Part shown: positions 1 to 13,130 of the stretch, in pieces | Layout of the letters: each line of letters begins with the position of its first letter | How positions within the stretch are numbered: the stretch's first letter is position 1 | Made by a program: the position numbers and the translations under genes | NCBI GenBank assembly: GCA_037447605.1 | Contig: CM074808.1 | Span: forward strand, 2,294,001-2,358,000 | Reading direction: 5' to 3' | DNA from: Zygnema circumcarinatum SAG 698-1b | Lineage: Eukaryota > Plantae > Zygnematophyceae | Length of the DNA stretch: 64,000 bases | The notes under the pieces: generated by a model | The model's database searches: none | What the model saw: only the letters and a program-made list of their open reading frames with translations | What the model was told of the DNA's origin: nothing

Positions 1-2297
1 CCCGACAGAGGCCCTTCACTGAACTCTTTCCCTTGTGCTATTCGGAGGCCGCTGACCCCAGAAGGCATGAGAAATAGGCGAGAAATAAATGCAAGAGCTT
101 TATCAAGACCTCGCCTCAAGCATGCCGCAGCGGCTGCGAGAAGCTGAAGACTGCCTTTTCCGCTGCGCAACTCAAGTTGCCGGGACTCATCACCAGCACC
201 TTCCGCTGCTGCTGCTTCCCCCTCTATCGGTCGAGCCTGAAATTCAGCTGTCTCCACTTCACCTCCAAGCAAACGAGCCTGGTGACGAAGCCGTCTTGCC
301 AACCGTTTGTTTTCTTTTTTCAGCCCATCACATTGTTTTTGACTGTCTGCAGAAAAGCCATCGTAATACATTTCAATTTCTTTTCAGGGGAACAACCAGA
401 TCCCTTATAATCCTAAAACTGAGTTCAAGAAATACCAATATTGCATGCACCTAACAGAATCACCAATTAAGAATAAATTTGGGAGTTAATTTCCAGTTGT
501 CAGAAACCACACGGTTTAAAATATATATCGACCTACATGCATCCGAAACTTAAAAAAGAACCACAAGACAGTTGAATCAAAAACGTGAAAAAAGTTCGTA
601 CAAACATGCTTCATTAGATCAGAACAGCGGCACGACTTTATATCAATATGGACTATGCATTGCAACGAACCTTCAAGCTTGTCTGCGGTGGTTTGGAGCT
701 CTCTCTGGCAACACCTCATGTAGCCATGCAAGGCCCGTTCTGTTGTCACTCGTGTGTACGATTCAAATCGAGCTCTCTGCAAAGCCTCGAGGGCAGCACG
801 CTCTGCAACTTGCACTCTCTGGAGTAATCCAGCGAAGTGGTGTGTATCCTGTGCAGAATTCCCAAAGACATCTCCGAGAGTTAATGCATCTACAAAAAGA
901 AACTTCGGAAATTTCTCCATCAACAAAAGTACTTCGTGATGTACAAGTCGAAGCCGTCAGTACACGCACGGAAAATGCAAACAAGCGATAACATGTAGAC
1001 CAGTAAGCAATTCTTCCTGCATTCATCCACCTTCAACCTGTATCGGAAGAAACATCTACAATGTAACCTCAGAAAACGTCGGGAAGGGGCGCTGTGTGAC
1101 CACAATCTTGTCAAATTTTGGCACCGCAGCTTTCAAGGAAGATTGTGCCCCTACTCAGTATGTTTTGCGTAGCGACTGCAACCACCTGGTCATTGATAAG
1201 AAGCACATACTCTAAAACCTCCCAAACCACAGACTTAATGGTCAAGCTATTCGATTCTTTCATCTACATACTTCTTTGCACACTAGGTTTACAAGCGCAT
1301 CTACATGACAACTTTTCATAGTCTGGACCCAAGTGCAAGCACCAAATAGTGCAAAAGCAAAACTCACCATATTTCGCATCCCTAGACTACCGCTCCCTTC
1401 CCCATAACCGCCTCCATCGGCATTTCCAGGACCAGCTAGTCTCGCCAACCCATCATTGCTCCAAATTTCCTCGTTTGTGAGTCGGTCTGGGCTGCTGCCT
1501 TCATTTTTTCTGCCGAAAACCTTACGCAGACCATCTGGGGAGAACAGACAGGGGGCTAAGTGGGCTTCTATTGCTAGCCTCGCAGCTGACAGAGAGGAGC
1601 TCTGCTGCTGTAAGTCGTATATTCTGCACTGAATTTGCTTCAATTGCATTGGCGTTCCGTCAATTGCCACACGACTGTGTTGATGCCTGCTCATTAAGCT
1701 CAAGCTATCCTCGTACGGCAAAATCTCCGCACTGCCAGGGTTGAAATTAGTCAAGTGTGAGTCTGGAACCTCTAAGGTGAAGTTGCCACCTGCAGTTCCC
1801 CCACAGACTTCCTGCAAGAAACTCGCAGACCTCCCACTTTCCACCTCCTGGACAGAGCACAACTGCATCGTAAGACCGCCCAGACGCTGACGATTGTCTT
1901 CCTGCAATACATTGGCGTTCTGATGCTCTTGCTGACCGCACAACGGGCCATTGCCTTGTTCCAACCCAGCAACTCTCCTGCCAAACACCTGCCTCGTGAG
2001 TGCGGCATGATCCGTTTCCGCCTGCCCTAGTTCCCGCAAGCACTCTTGCTCCCTCATCTTAATTTCCCTCCATGCTTCCCGACAGGCTTCCTCCATAGCT
2101 CTCAGTGACTCCTCTGCCAGACGAGCCCTGGATTGCGAGAGGCGCAGGGCATTCGGCAGCACTTGCAAGGGAGACATGGCTGAATCTGTGGTGGTGGAAG
2201 CACTCTGACCCTGCGTGAAAGGCGACTGGAAGTCAGGATCCATCTGCGGCATCTGCGGCATCTGCGGCCATGCCCCTCCTGCGCCCCCCCCCGCCAT
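1..2297 (-). CDS. Uncharacterised coiled-coil protein, 3'-truncated by window edge. Exons 2297-1368, 848-671 and 346-<1
   Basis: 345-aa ORF with GTGAGT donor after 1368. Exon 848-671 (DTHHFAGLLQRVQVAERAALEALQR...) joins in phase 0. Exon from 346 joins in phase 1 and stays open to the window start (SQKQCDGLKKENKRLARRLR...). N-terminal PQM x3 repeat (CATCTGCGG x3 at ~2242-2270). No family motif recognised. Confidence 0.6.
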
Positions 2298-3505
2298 GGC
2301 CGTGCCCGCCCTCTCCCCGCTCCTCCCCAGCCCTGCCCCGCCTCAGGGGAGGGCTCTGAGCGTCTCAGTTCACACGTGCGAAGGTATCCGTACGGATGCG
2401 CCTTCCGCGTGGCGCCGACACCTGGCGGCCGCCGGACACGGTGCCGCCGCGGAGAGGTCGCCGGTTCGAACCGCCGCGCTGTCAAACACGATATTTGACG
2501 TCAGCAGCAGAATTAAAAAACTACAGAACTGGATTCTATGCAGAATTACGACATAGGCATGATTGTGCGAAACCGAACAGAACGGGTCCCGTAGCGCATG
2601 GGACAGCAGCGCCAGCTGTTCCAGTTCTGAAGGCGGTTGAGTTTGTCGGCTAGCACGTGTTGGGGATATCTCAAACGCTTTACGGGACTGCCCCCACAGC
2701 GACACGCAGTCTGGCTTTGTGCTGTGGGAGAGAGTGTGCTGCGGAGTGGTCGAGCACAAGAGGGCGCCGCCAGTGGCACCGCAGACAGTGAATAATTTGG
2801 GGGAATTTGGGCACTCAAAGACAGGTTAAGAAAGGTTTCCAGCACGCGCGGCATATACCAAAGTGCAGACAGTCAACGCACATGCTGTTTGCAAGCTGGC
2901 AGACGGTTCTCCATTTGCGAAGAACAAAAACGAAAAATGGTAAAAACCAAATGATTGACAATATTTCTCAATAGTAAGTACATTTCGAAAGTGGAGACTA
3001 ATATTATTTGGCGCTGTGGCTCCAAGGGCGGGGAAAGGGAAACCACTCGTCCTCCTGCTCCAAACTGGGCAGTAAGAACATGGTTACACTAAGAGCTGCA
3101 GTCGCCTGAAACAATATCCGATGCAAATGAGTGCGGATCCCAAGGAGCCCTCAGCCAGTCATACAGCAACCCGCCTGCTTACAGCGCTGTAATGAAGTGA
3201 AACTGAGATCATTCAGAGAGACTAGTTTACACATTAAAGGTGGCCTTGGCTGCCTGGAAACCTGGCAAAGGATCGCTACCGGCACAGCAGCTGGCGAACA
3301 AACAACTAAGTCCTGCGCCTACAAAATGTGCTGCCCCGTATCTTCAAGCAGCTCCCCTGACAGCCCGCGGACACTCCACAACTTTACGGCATCTCCACTT
3401 CCTTTCCTGCCACGATCTGTCTGCGCTTTACAAGCATCTCCCCCCACCGGGCAGCGAGAGGCCGAGTGGCAGCTGAATTTGCTGCAACACGCCCCGCGTT
3501 CCGCC

Positions 3506-5629
3506 TCAGGTGCCTCCCAGGTATTTCTTCACCGCAGCCTTTTGCTCTGACGACAACCGCGCAGGAAATTTGACATCAAACTTTATGCGTAAATTACCCT
3601 TTTTGCCAGGTTCCTTCGCGATAGGCATGCCTTCTCTAGGAACAGTTTTCTCGTACCCAGGGCCAACCACCTCATTCACAGGGATTTGCAGACTTCGGCC
3701 ATCGAGCGTATTGACTGTAATTACATGATCTGTGAGAGCGTCTGCCAGTGTCAGTCTATGCGTGTATATCAGATCATTGCCCTCTCTTTTGAACACCTCA
3801 TGGGGTCGCTCATCAATGACGAACACGAGGTCCGCCGCCACAACTCCTGGTTGCTCATTCCCTTTCTCAGGGAAGGTAATCTTTGTTCCCTTCTTCCATC
3901 CAGGCCTCACATCGATTGTCAAAATCTCTTCGACCGGTAACGTTTTCCTGCAAAATACAAACACTCAACAAGCTTCTCAAACCATCCAGAAAATCCAGGC
4001 AAGCAAATAATAAGGTGTTGCAGAAGTCCTAAAGGAGCAAACAAGTAAGTCAGTCAAGAGGAAACACAAACATCCTTCATAAAGTTTGTAGGCTCTATCA
4101 CTAAAGCTATGGCGTTACAGCTCAACTTTCCGACCACGTCAATAAGCCCACTTAAAAAGTCTCATAGCGCAACAATGAATCAAAATGCACGACGAAACAT
4201 AGAACAACGCCTCTACAAACAATGGCCACTTTAAACCAGAGAGTAGTATCATTCAAAATTTAAAATCTCAAGTAAACCAGAGTTGCAGCGACCTAGTATT
4301 AAATTCCAAAAAGCATAGATAATGATGGCACTCGAGTACGAAAGATACATAAGCTTCTTTACGTCACACATAGGGAATTGCAGGTGCCTAGAAAAAAAAT
4401 AGGTCAAAGGTTCAGGCAATTTATCAAGTGCGCTACGAGACCGTACAAACAAATACAACCTAGTGCCTCATTACACGTTTGCCGTAAAATTTCTCGAAGT
4501 TCCGAAATCCAATAAAACGAAACAAGAAAGACGACCAGTTGCCCTCCTTCACAAACTGTCGTATAGTCGAGCCAGCACTTCAGGAATTAGACATCGCAAA
4601 TCATCGGACTGTCTCGGACATCCCGAGCAAAAACCAGAACCAATTAACAGAAAATTTGCGGTGCGAAAAAGACCGACTTACCCGCTGGCATCTGCTATAT
4701 TCCGAGATATCTTCATTTTCCTCGTTGATCCTGTATACAACTCCTCCAGCGTGCACTGCAATTTGTTCTCTACCGCCGCCGCCTTCTTAGGCCCCGAAGG
4801 GCTCGCACCCTCCCCAAAGCGATGGAACCCTCCATCGTGCCCAAACCCACCAAACATGTCCTGGGCAAATGGACCGCCCCCCATCTTCCCTGACCTGGAC
4901 CCCATGCCTCCCATCTGACCGCCCATGCCTACAAATGGACTGCTGCTACCAAAAAATTCTGAAAAAATATCCTCGGCGTTTCTTGGATTAAACCTGAACA
5001 CTGTAGGCCCCCCTCCGTTTGTGTACACCCCGGGTCCCGGGCCATGGCCCGCCGTGGGAGGGGGGACTTGGCCCTTCAATCCTTCCTCACCATATTGATC
5101 GTAAATTTGCCGCTTCTGTGGATCACTAAGAACCTGCAGACAAAGGGCCCGGACCCGCCAAAGGTAAAAACCAGTGAACAAACATTTGACAAAACATCAC
5201 ATCTAGAATAACACCTGTAGAGACTGACTGGTTGAATGACTGACCGACTGACTGACTAAACAGTTGAACCGACGTTCAACCGAGGGAGAGCTTCGCATCT
5301 AATGAGCAGACCTCGACCTTTACTTGGACTCCGTCAACAGCCCTAACTTCTCCTAGGCAATTGCGCACATACACTCATGCAGCAATAATCAAACCGAGTT
5401 AACTGGAAAACGACGTCTCTAACGAAATCTCGAACGTCAGAATTTATCTGAAGCCATCACGCACCTCATACGCCTCGGAAATTTGCTTAAATTTAGCCTC
5501 AGCTTCCTTCTTCTTCGTGGGATTCTTATCGGGATGCCATTTCATGGCCAGCTTCCTATACGCCTTCTTCAGATCCTCATCCGAGGCAGTCTTCGGCACA
5601 TCAAGCACCCCATAGTAATCTACTCCCAT
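3506..5629 (-). CDS. Type II J-domain co-chaperone (DnaJ/Hsp40 subfamily B). Exons 5629-5465, 5133-4682 and 3947-3506
   Basis: J-domain with HPD motif (MKWHPDKNP), G/F-rich region and C-terminal substrate-binding domain ([23 protein letters not shown]-like REGMP). No zinc-finger CxxCxGxG repeats. GT-AG junctions keep frame. Confidence 0.95.
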
Positions 5630-5742
5630 CTTTCCGAACGCCAGTGCAAATTTATTTCCTACACCGTGATATTGCTGGGCGGCTGCCTCGAAAAAGAGGC
5701 CCTAAACGCGGCCGCAACTCCCTACTCAGTAAATTTGGTCCC

Positions 5743-5785
5743 GAGAGAGAGAGAGAGAGCGAGAGAGAGAGAGAGAGAGCGAGAG
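5743..5785. repeat. (GA)n microsatellite in the 5' region of the DnaJ gene
   Basis: GAGAGAGAGA...GCGAGAGAGAGAGAGAGC read directly; CT-rich on the gene's sense strand. Confidence 0.85.
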
Positions 5786-5859
5786 AAGAGGGAGGGGGGA
5801 GGTAGGAGGTGCGTGCGCAGGCTCCCGCGCTTCCCCAACGGCACGAAAGCGCTCGCCCC

Positions 5860-5872
5860 TTCGCGAACCTTC
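5860..5872. promoter_or_regulatory. Perfect three-unit heat shock element upstream of DnaJ
   Basis: TTCgcGAAccTTC (alternating nGAAn), ~230 bp upstream of the DnaJ ATG at 5629. Confidence 0.65.
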
Positions 5873-8133
5873 CGTTCCGTTCCGCGGAGCCTCTCCGCCG
5901 TTCCGCGGAAAGGGCGGTTGCGCGGAACGGTCGACAGATCCTGGCCGTCCCCCGGCGGGTCAGGCCGTCCCCGCCGTCCGATGCGGCCCCGCGGGACTGC
6001 GCGCAGGATCCGATATTGGCCGCGGCGGCAGGGCCGCCCTCCCTTTATGGCGCCATGTGGCGCTCCATGCTCTGCACAGAGCCAGCGATGCACTGCAACG
6101 GAACGGCGGCTGCAGCTGGGAGCATAGAACGGAAGTTGGGCCCTTGGCTCGGGCCCTGGGTCCCTGTCAGAGGTCGAGGTCTCGGCGAGGCCGCGAGGGA
6201 GGGAGGGCTGCATATGGACGCGGAAAGAGACCCGCTGACAGGCACGTAGCAATACGATGGGAGGGGATATTCTTCAGAGTTTAGGTTTCCATATGTAAAG
6301 GAGAGTACAGGAATGCGTATCGACAAGGGGCGCGTTTTGGCTGGATATTTGCTTGTCTGATTTTGGTTGCTGGTTTCAGTAGTTTGGTCGCCTTGACTTG
6401 AGCATCGCGGCTTTGCTTTCGTTGCCTGAAGTAGTTTAGAATAAACCATCAGCACAACCATGAAAAGTGGAATTTCGGAAAGGATTGGGCAAATGCATTT
6501 GCGGCCAAGTGTATGTCTTGGCCATTGTAGCACTACCCCTTTACGGCTCTTCCAAATCAATCAGTGTTGTGCTGTGAGGCTGAAGCCCGTCCGCTGATGT
6601 CTAATTATTGAGCTGCTAAACGCAAGTTACGTCGTAAGAGAACTTTTTGCGAGAAAATATGAAGTTGCTGCAGATTACAAGCGAATAGAACTCAGCCACG
6701 TTGGCTTTATATCCAGACATTATATTCCTGTCAATTTCCGTGTCCACGTACGTAGTCCATAGCCAGCGCATCTTTCGCGCAGCACATACAACTTCCGTGT
6801 GCGTTATCATAAAGCTACGCATCATTATTGTAACAGCATTGAAGCAAAGCAATCCTTGGTTCTAACTGCAGATTTCTGCTCACACACGCACCTATCATTT
6901 CTTCATTTTCGTATTCCATCAGCAGGTCAGCCTAGAATCATGGCCTTCCAATAATCATAGCCCTGCCGAATAATTGATTATTTGTTCTCGAAAAAAACAA
7001 AAGAATTTGCTCAAAATGTGCTATCAATTTGTAAAATTCCAATTACATCCGCCTAATCTCCTTTGTCCCCGTCTTCAACGGTCAGGATTCAATTAGTGTA
7101 GAACGGGTAAAGATTTGGAAAAAAGACAATCCGAAATGAGCAATTTGACTGATCACAACCGAAAACTGCATCTTATCATAGAAGCACGTTGCCCTTCTTA
7201 TTCGTTGCAGCAAAATTTGATGGTTTTGGCTCCAAAATTCTGTATTTGCACCAATCTCCATCAGGATGGGATGTCTGGATGGAAAGTTCAGTGACAATCT
7301 TAAGGGGGATGCCAAATAGATACGTGAGCGTTGATGACAGGTGTGCAGCGTCTACGAATTCTGCATTTTTGCGGTCCGGTAGCTCGAGCAGAGCACCAAT
7401 TCCGATGGTGTTGTTCTGACCTTCGCTAAGCCCTTATCCATATCTACTATAGCGTTGTTTTACACAATTAACACCGGAGCATTCTGCACACCTTTACAGA
7501 AATAGTCTGGTTCCACAACTGCTGAATGAGACCTTTTTGTGAAAAACTGACCCATAGTGGAATGCCCTGCATTCAGACTTAGCAACGGGTGGTGATGGAT
7601 TCAAGTTAACAATTGCCACTAAGCTGTCACTCGTGTCAGACTTAAAAACGTTAGTACAGTATGCGTGTTCGTAAGTTTGACGCCAGAACGAGTACTCCAG
7701 TGACATAGCAATCCTTTCGTGGCGGAGTACTTTTGTAACCTTTTTTTTTCGTGACGCTTTTCGTATGATTTTTTGAAGTCTGACACTCCCTCTTGCGATG
7801 GGAGCAGTCAACAGGTGCCAAAAAACACTTCTTTGCAAAAATCAGTCAAAACATACTATTAGGTTCCAATACTCCTAAAATACTTCTCGAGGTACAGACC
7901 TACTTCCCGTACAAAACCTATAAAAAGCTATCTTTTCCATAGGCTTTACGTTTTGCCCTGACAGTGACAGTCCTTGTTTACACGCTTTTGCTTCTAAGAA
8001 CTGCAAGACTTTCCTTCTGTAAGCTTTCCAGGAAGTGGACAATATTAAAACAAACTGCCTATGCCTATTTTGCAAACTTTGCTACAAAAAATCGAGTACG
8101 TGCACAAGTAGGTATCTTGGCTGCCGGGCCCTC

Positions 8134-11100
8134 TTATTGGTAAGGGCGGAAGTACTTGTAGAGATCTTCAGGCCGGCAGCGCTGCCCTGGTTCTAAAACT
8201 AATCGCAGCACCACCCCTGAAGCCAGCCGTGTCCTCACCCTCGATGGATGCAAAATACGGGCTAGAATCTCCACACCATCAACCAGGCGAGGGCCCGGCC
8301 TGCTGAAATAGGAATGATCGCAAACAAACACACGTCCCGTCTGGACAGCAGGCAAGGACCAGAAGCCCGGAAGGTTGGCGACGTACTTTACCTGAAAACA
8401 AAATCATTTTTAAAGCCATACGTTCAGTAGCAGCCCAACACACGTTGATCAATGTCAATCAAGGCGAGTTCATTCAGCAACACACGCTCAAGAGCAAAGT
8501 GAACGCCAAAAAGACCTCCCACCTGTCAGATCTACTTCGACAATCTCTCACCTGAGGATGAAAACGACAGCTCGACTGACTCCTGCTCACCTCTGTCAGA
8601 GTGCGTTGCAGGTTGGACGAACAGGGTGCCAACAATAATACTTCCGGCGCGTAGGCTGTTACCCTTTCCCACGTCACCTTCTCTGCCCCACTGCCAGGTT
8701 CTTGTAGCCCATCGATACCACCCGCCATGGCTTTCATCTCTGGTAACCAATGACCACCCGTCACCATCGGACAGAGCCCCTCCAGAGAAAGCACCCTCTG
8801 GCGAGGCTCACCGGCCACTGAGCGGGCCAAATGTCGCAGCCTCTTGCGGAGCTGCTCCACAAGAGTAAACGCCCGGGCTGCTAGACCCACTCCTTCGCCG
8901 ACAGAGATAATGGAATCCAGGACCTCTGACATCTACAATCACCAGGAGTCACGCAATCCAGTCAGTCCCAAGGGCCATAAGGACAATCAATGATATGCAG
9001 GGATACTGTTGTCCTCAACGTTTCGTTCATTCTGACGATCTTCTTGATTGGCTGGAAGTAAGCTGACCACATATCAGCATACTTGTGAAATAAATTGTAT
9101 TCTGCTAGTTTCACATGGGTTAAAAACGCTTTTCACTTTCACTTCTGCACTGAATCTTGGAAAACTTGAACCTCAGTTGGATAGCCCATACCAAAGCTTC
9201 GGCAGCTAAATGTTCATGATGTGAATATAGCAGAGCTACCCACCGTGTGCGGTCTAAGCACCATCAGGTCTATGTTAGGGCTGTCAATCAGATCCGCCTT
9301 GGCCAATGCATTGGCTACATCACTTTTATCCACATCGCAGCGTGAGCACGTATCCTGCAGCCTCATTAAAACACAGCTTCTTTAAGTATCTCAGCATATC
9401 TGTAGACTCATTCAAGGGACAAACATAACCTGACAGACATCATTTAGAGCATATACAGAATAAATTTCTGCATTCGATGACACCTCACATCAACACTGAG
9501 ATTCCACAATGGTTACCATTTAACCAGCTTCAGATCTGCTTCCATCTACTTTATCCCCCTCTTCCTCCACCTTTGCTTAAAAAATTTGAAATACAGGTCA
9601 TGGAACCCCGTTACCCAGGTCCAGATGCTTCCACATAGATTCAAAACTGTGAATAACAAAAATACACAGCCCAAACCTTGCTGTCTTGCAGCTCGTTACT
9701 TTCAACAATGCAAGCAGAAATACAGATATGGAGTTCCTCTATTACTTGCTAGATTGGATTCAACGCTTCAAGAGTACGCTTCACATGAACGATTTTCCAC
9801 GGGGGGGCGACTGCAGCGTCCACTACATGACGCTTCATTCTGCAAGGCTTCTTCATACTGTTTTGATTGCATCCTAAGACGTACTAAAGAAACACGATCA
9901 GGTGATGAAACACCCTCTCGATTTCACTCATGATAGATGGCTGATCTCGAAAATAAAGATGTAACGCTAACGGCGAGACCAAAGTCTAACCCCAGCCAAT
10001 TGAACTACATTCATCTCGCAGGTTCTAAACGCAATTAAATCGCTTATTTTCAATGGGAAAATATGCAATATTCCACCGATCAACTTCACTGCCGTGAATT
10101 GAGACTAATGACTTCGACCACTTCGGAACTAGGAGATCACATCAGCATTTGGACGATTACCAATTCTTCACACTCCAATTAGGGTTTAGTCATACCCCAC
10201 ATAGTTGACGTGACTCAAGCTTAACTTTGAGCAGAGAAATTTTAGCGAAAAAGATTGCATAGTTCTTGTCAGGCATTACTTGCAAGCAGCAAGTAAAGCT
10301 ACTCACCTGTGTGAACACCAGGTCTGGCTGAATCATGCGTAGGAGGCCTGCGTCCACCTCGTATGGACTCTCGCCCCTTTCTTGAAACCGCTTCATCTAC
10401 ATTTCAGCCCTCAAAAGTGACTTTAAGTTTGTAATTCAGGCCTCAAACTGCCCACCTGACATGAACCAGAACCCAATCCTGCCGCATTTCGAAATAGAAA
10501 GAGGAAATTGGATGCACGACCCTTGGTCGATAAAATTGTGAGCAACAAATATAAGGTGAAAGGAGAAACGGCAACAACTCAGAGATAAAAAGCAGACCAA
10601 AGGAACTCAACCAAGTCCCACAAACGGAGTCAGGAATGCCACATAAGGCTGTCTATGTTCCTGCAGTCCACCTCAACACAAAAAGAGGAGAAAAACTGGC
10701 GTTATGGGCCTACCGCGACCTCCACCTCTTTGCTTGACATGACCGCCGTGTCGATCTTGCTTCTGCTCACCTGTCCAACCCCGCCACGTGGAGAATCAAT
10801 GGCCCGTTCATTGGCCAGCAACGGCACAGACACTAGCAACGATTATTCAAGAAAGAAGGCCAGACACGAATAGTCACGACTTCATTTCGTTGTCCAAAAA
10901 CCAGTTGCATTTGCAGTGTACGCAGACAAGTTCAGAATAGCTTTGACACTGCACCAAATGACTCTCACCTTTGCACTTCATTAGTTTCAATCGCCATTAG
11001 CAGAAGTGAAGACCCTAAATCCTCAGTCCTAGCCTCTAAAAGCCCAACCCTACATCCTGAACTTCTAAAGCTTAAATCTTTCACCCTAAACCCTAATCCC

Positions 11101-13130
11101 GAAAACCTAACCGCTAAACCCTAAACCCTAAACTCTAACCTATGCCACCTAACACCTAACCCCTGAAACCTAAACCCTAACTCCTTGACTCTGCGAAACC
11201 TGACCACTAAACCCTGAACCCTAGCTGCTATAACCTAGACCATGGAACTTAGACCCTAACCCGTATCCCCTAACCCCTACAACCTTCATTACACCCCACA
11301 CCCTACACCCTACTCCCTACCACCCTCAACCTTCAACCCTGAACCATAACCCCTACACCTTAACCACTGAACCCTAACTCCTCAAACCTACACCCTGCAC
11401 CATAATCCCTAAATTCTAAACTCTAAACCCTGCACCCTACACGCTATCCCTAAACCCAACGCTTAACCCCTCATCCCAAAACCTTAACCTGGCACCTTAA
11501 ACCCTAAACCATTAACACCACAAACCCTACACCCTACACCCTGGGCTACTAAACTCTAGACCCTAAACCCTAAACCCACACCCTGAAGCTTAAACCTTAA
11601 CCCTTACACCCTACACCCTCACCCCTCAACCCTACACTGAAAAAAACAAAAACAAAAAAAACTTAAAAACCCGCACCCTGAAGCCTAAACCAGCATCCCT
11701 GACGCAAAACACTCAATCCTCAACCCTACACCCCTCACCCCAACTCGCACCCAAACCCTAACGCCAAAACCCCACCTTGAAGCCCGCAACTCAAACCCTA
11801 AACTCTAAACCCTAAAACCTAAGCCCTAAACCTTGAGCCATAACCCCCTAAACCCTCAAACCTAAACCCGCAACCCTGAACCCTGAACCCTCAACCACGT
11901 GATTCGCGGAAAAAATTCAGATCCCGCTGGTTCCACAAAGATGACCAGAAACAGGTGAGCTGTATGCAGTCTTGCAGTCTGCAGGGACGTAACCTTAAGG
12001 AGACGGCTCCGTAAAGGACAACTAAGAAGGTTCATGCGCCTTGAAACGGACAGAACAACTGCACTTCTGTCAGAATCAAGTGCATGCGCGAGGAGAGAAA
12101 GGCTCTTGCATACCATAATGAAGGCAAGGGCCTCGCAAGAGCGGAAACTGACAAGACCTGACAAGACCTGACAAGACCTGACAGGACCAGACAGTCGCAT
12201 CAGAAGGTGGATTTCTTCAGTAATAAGCGATGGACTACATGGCCAACGCCATCCTAACAAACCCGGAGCCCAACATCCAGCCAATTTTTCTAGAGTGCTA
12301 TGTTGGTAATTGAAAACCAATTCAACAGGGTTCCTGGGTTCGACGACTCTCGCTAAATTCAGAGACTTGCGTAATGTTTTGAACCTTCAACATTACAATG
12401 AGACAACGATCAAGATGTCCAACGACTAGTTCAACGCACACCCATAAATAGAGTTTATGCCATGAATTGGCCTAAAAAGAAATTAGAGTTTAGTCCAACA
12501 GCCGTTGGAACAGGGCTCCAATTTCCTACTAACCGGAAAAATTCAATGCTGCTGTTAGTTGGACATGATGCAAGTACAGAGATGGTGATTTACTTTGCAA
12601 TCACTACGTGACTCCCACTTTGCAGCAACTAGCATCTACTACAGCCGATACTCTGAGACTTATAACGCGCCTGGAGCCTCACAGCTTGTGAAGGGAAAGA
12701 AAAAAAGTAGCTAAGGGTGGATAAAATTCTATCTGCTTACCAATTGCCGTCCCTTCCTTATGTCCTTTGGATAGTCACATAGATCAGAAATTCCCACCAA
12801 CCGTTCTCCAACCCCTGCAGCATTTTTGCAAAAGTCAAACTGAACTTCAAACACGATTGTTCATGGTTCTGGTGCCAGTAGGGCATGATATGAATACAGA
12901 GACATTCGGAAGCTCGTCAGAGATTCTATCCACTACAAGCTGCAGATCCTGGAGCCCTACCCTTTTCCACCGACTTCCTTGCAATCAACAAACTGAGAAA
13001 AATGAATAACACATGAGTGCAGTGCCTTTACAACAACAATGACTGCCGTTGAGCGTTCATCAAGAGCACATAGCACTCACCAAGCTCCATTAGAATTTCT
13101 GTCGCTGATGGCAGCAACGATATGATTCGC
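8134..13130 (-). other. BtuF/TroA-like (periplasmic-binding-fold) cobalamin-binding domain region of the fusion gene, end of exon 9 to exon 15
   Basis: Motif order matches the bacterial 'cobalamin-binding protein' ABC substrate-binding family, from [11 protein letters not shown] to [18 protein letters not shown]. Ligand identity is inferred from family and from the fusion partner. Confidence 0.8.

Noticed and set aside
5483-6560. Overlapping 150-210-aa ORFs on both strands upstream of DnaJ
   Set aside because: GC-rich promoter island lacking stops by composition; no motifs or splice support.
11012-11894. CRISPR array interpretation of the repeat tract (also considered for 62849-63009)
   Set aside because: No constant-length repeat-spacer periodicity, eukaryotic context, and no cas genes.
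11862-12320. 152-aa minus-strand ORF in intron 10, next to the telomeric array
   Set aside because: No recognisable domain, contains a (GACAAGACCT)n simple repeat, and is not needed for the spliced frame.
12325-12350. GGTTCGA tRNA T-loop-like motif
   Set aside because: No cloverleaf stems or A-box at proper spacing; not a tRNA or clear SINE.
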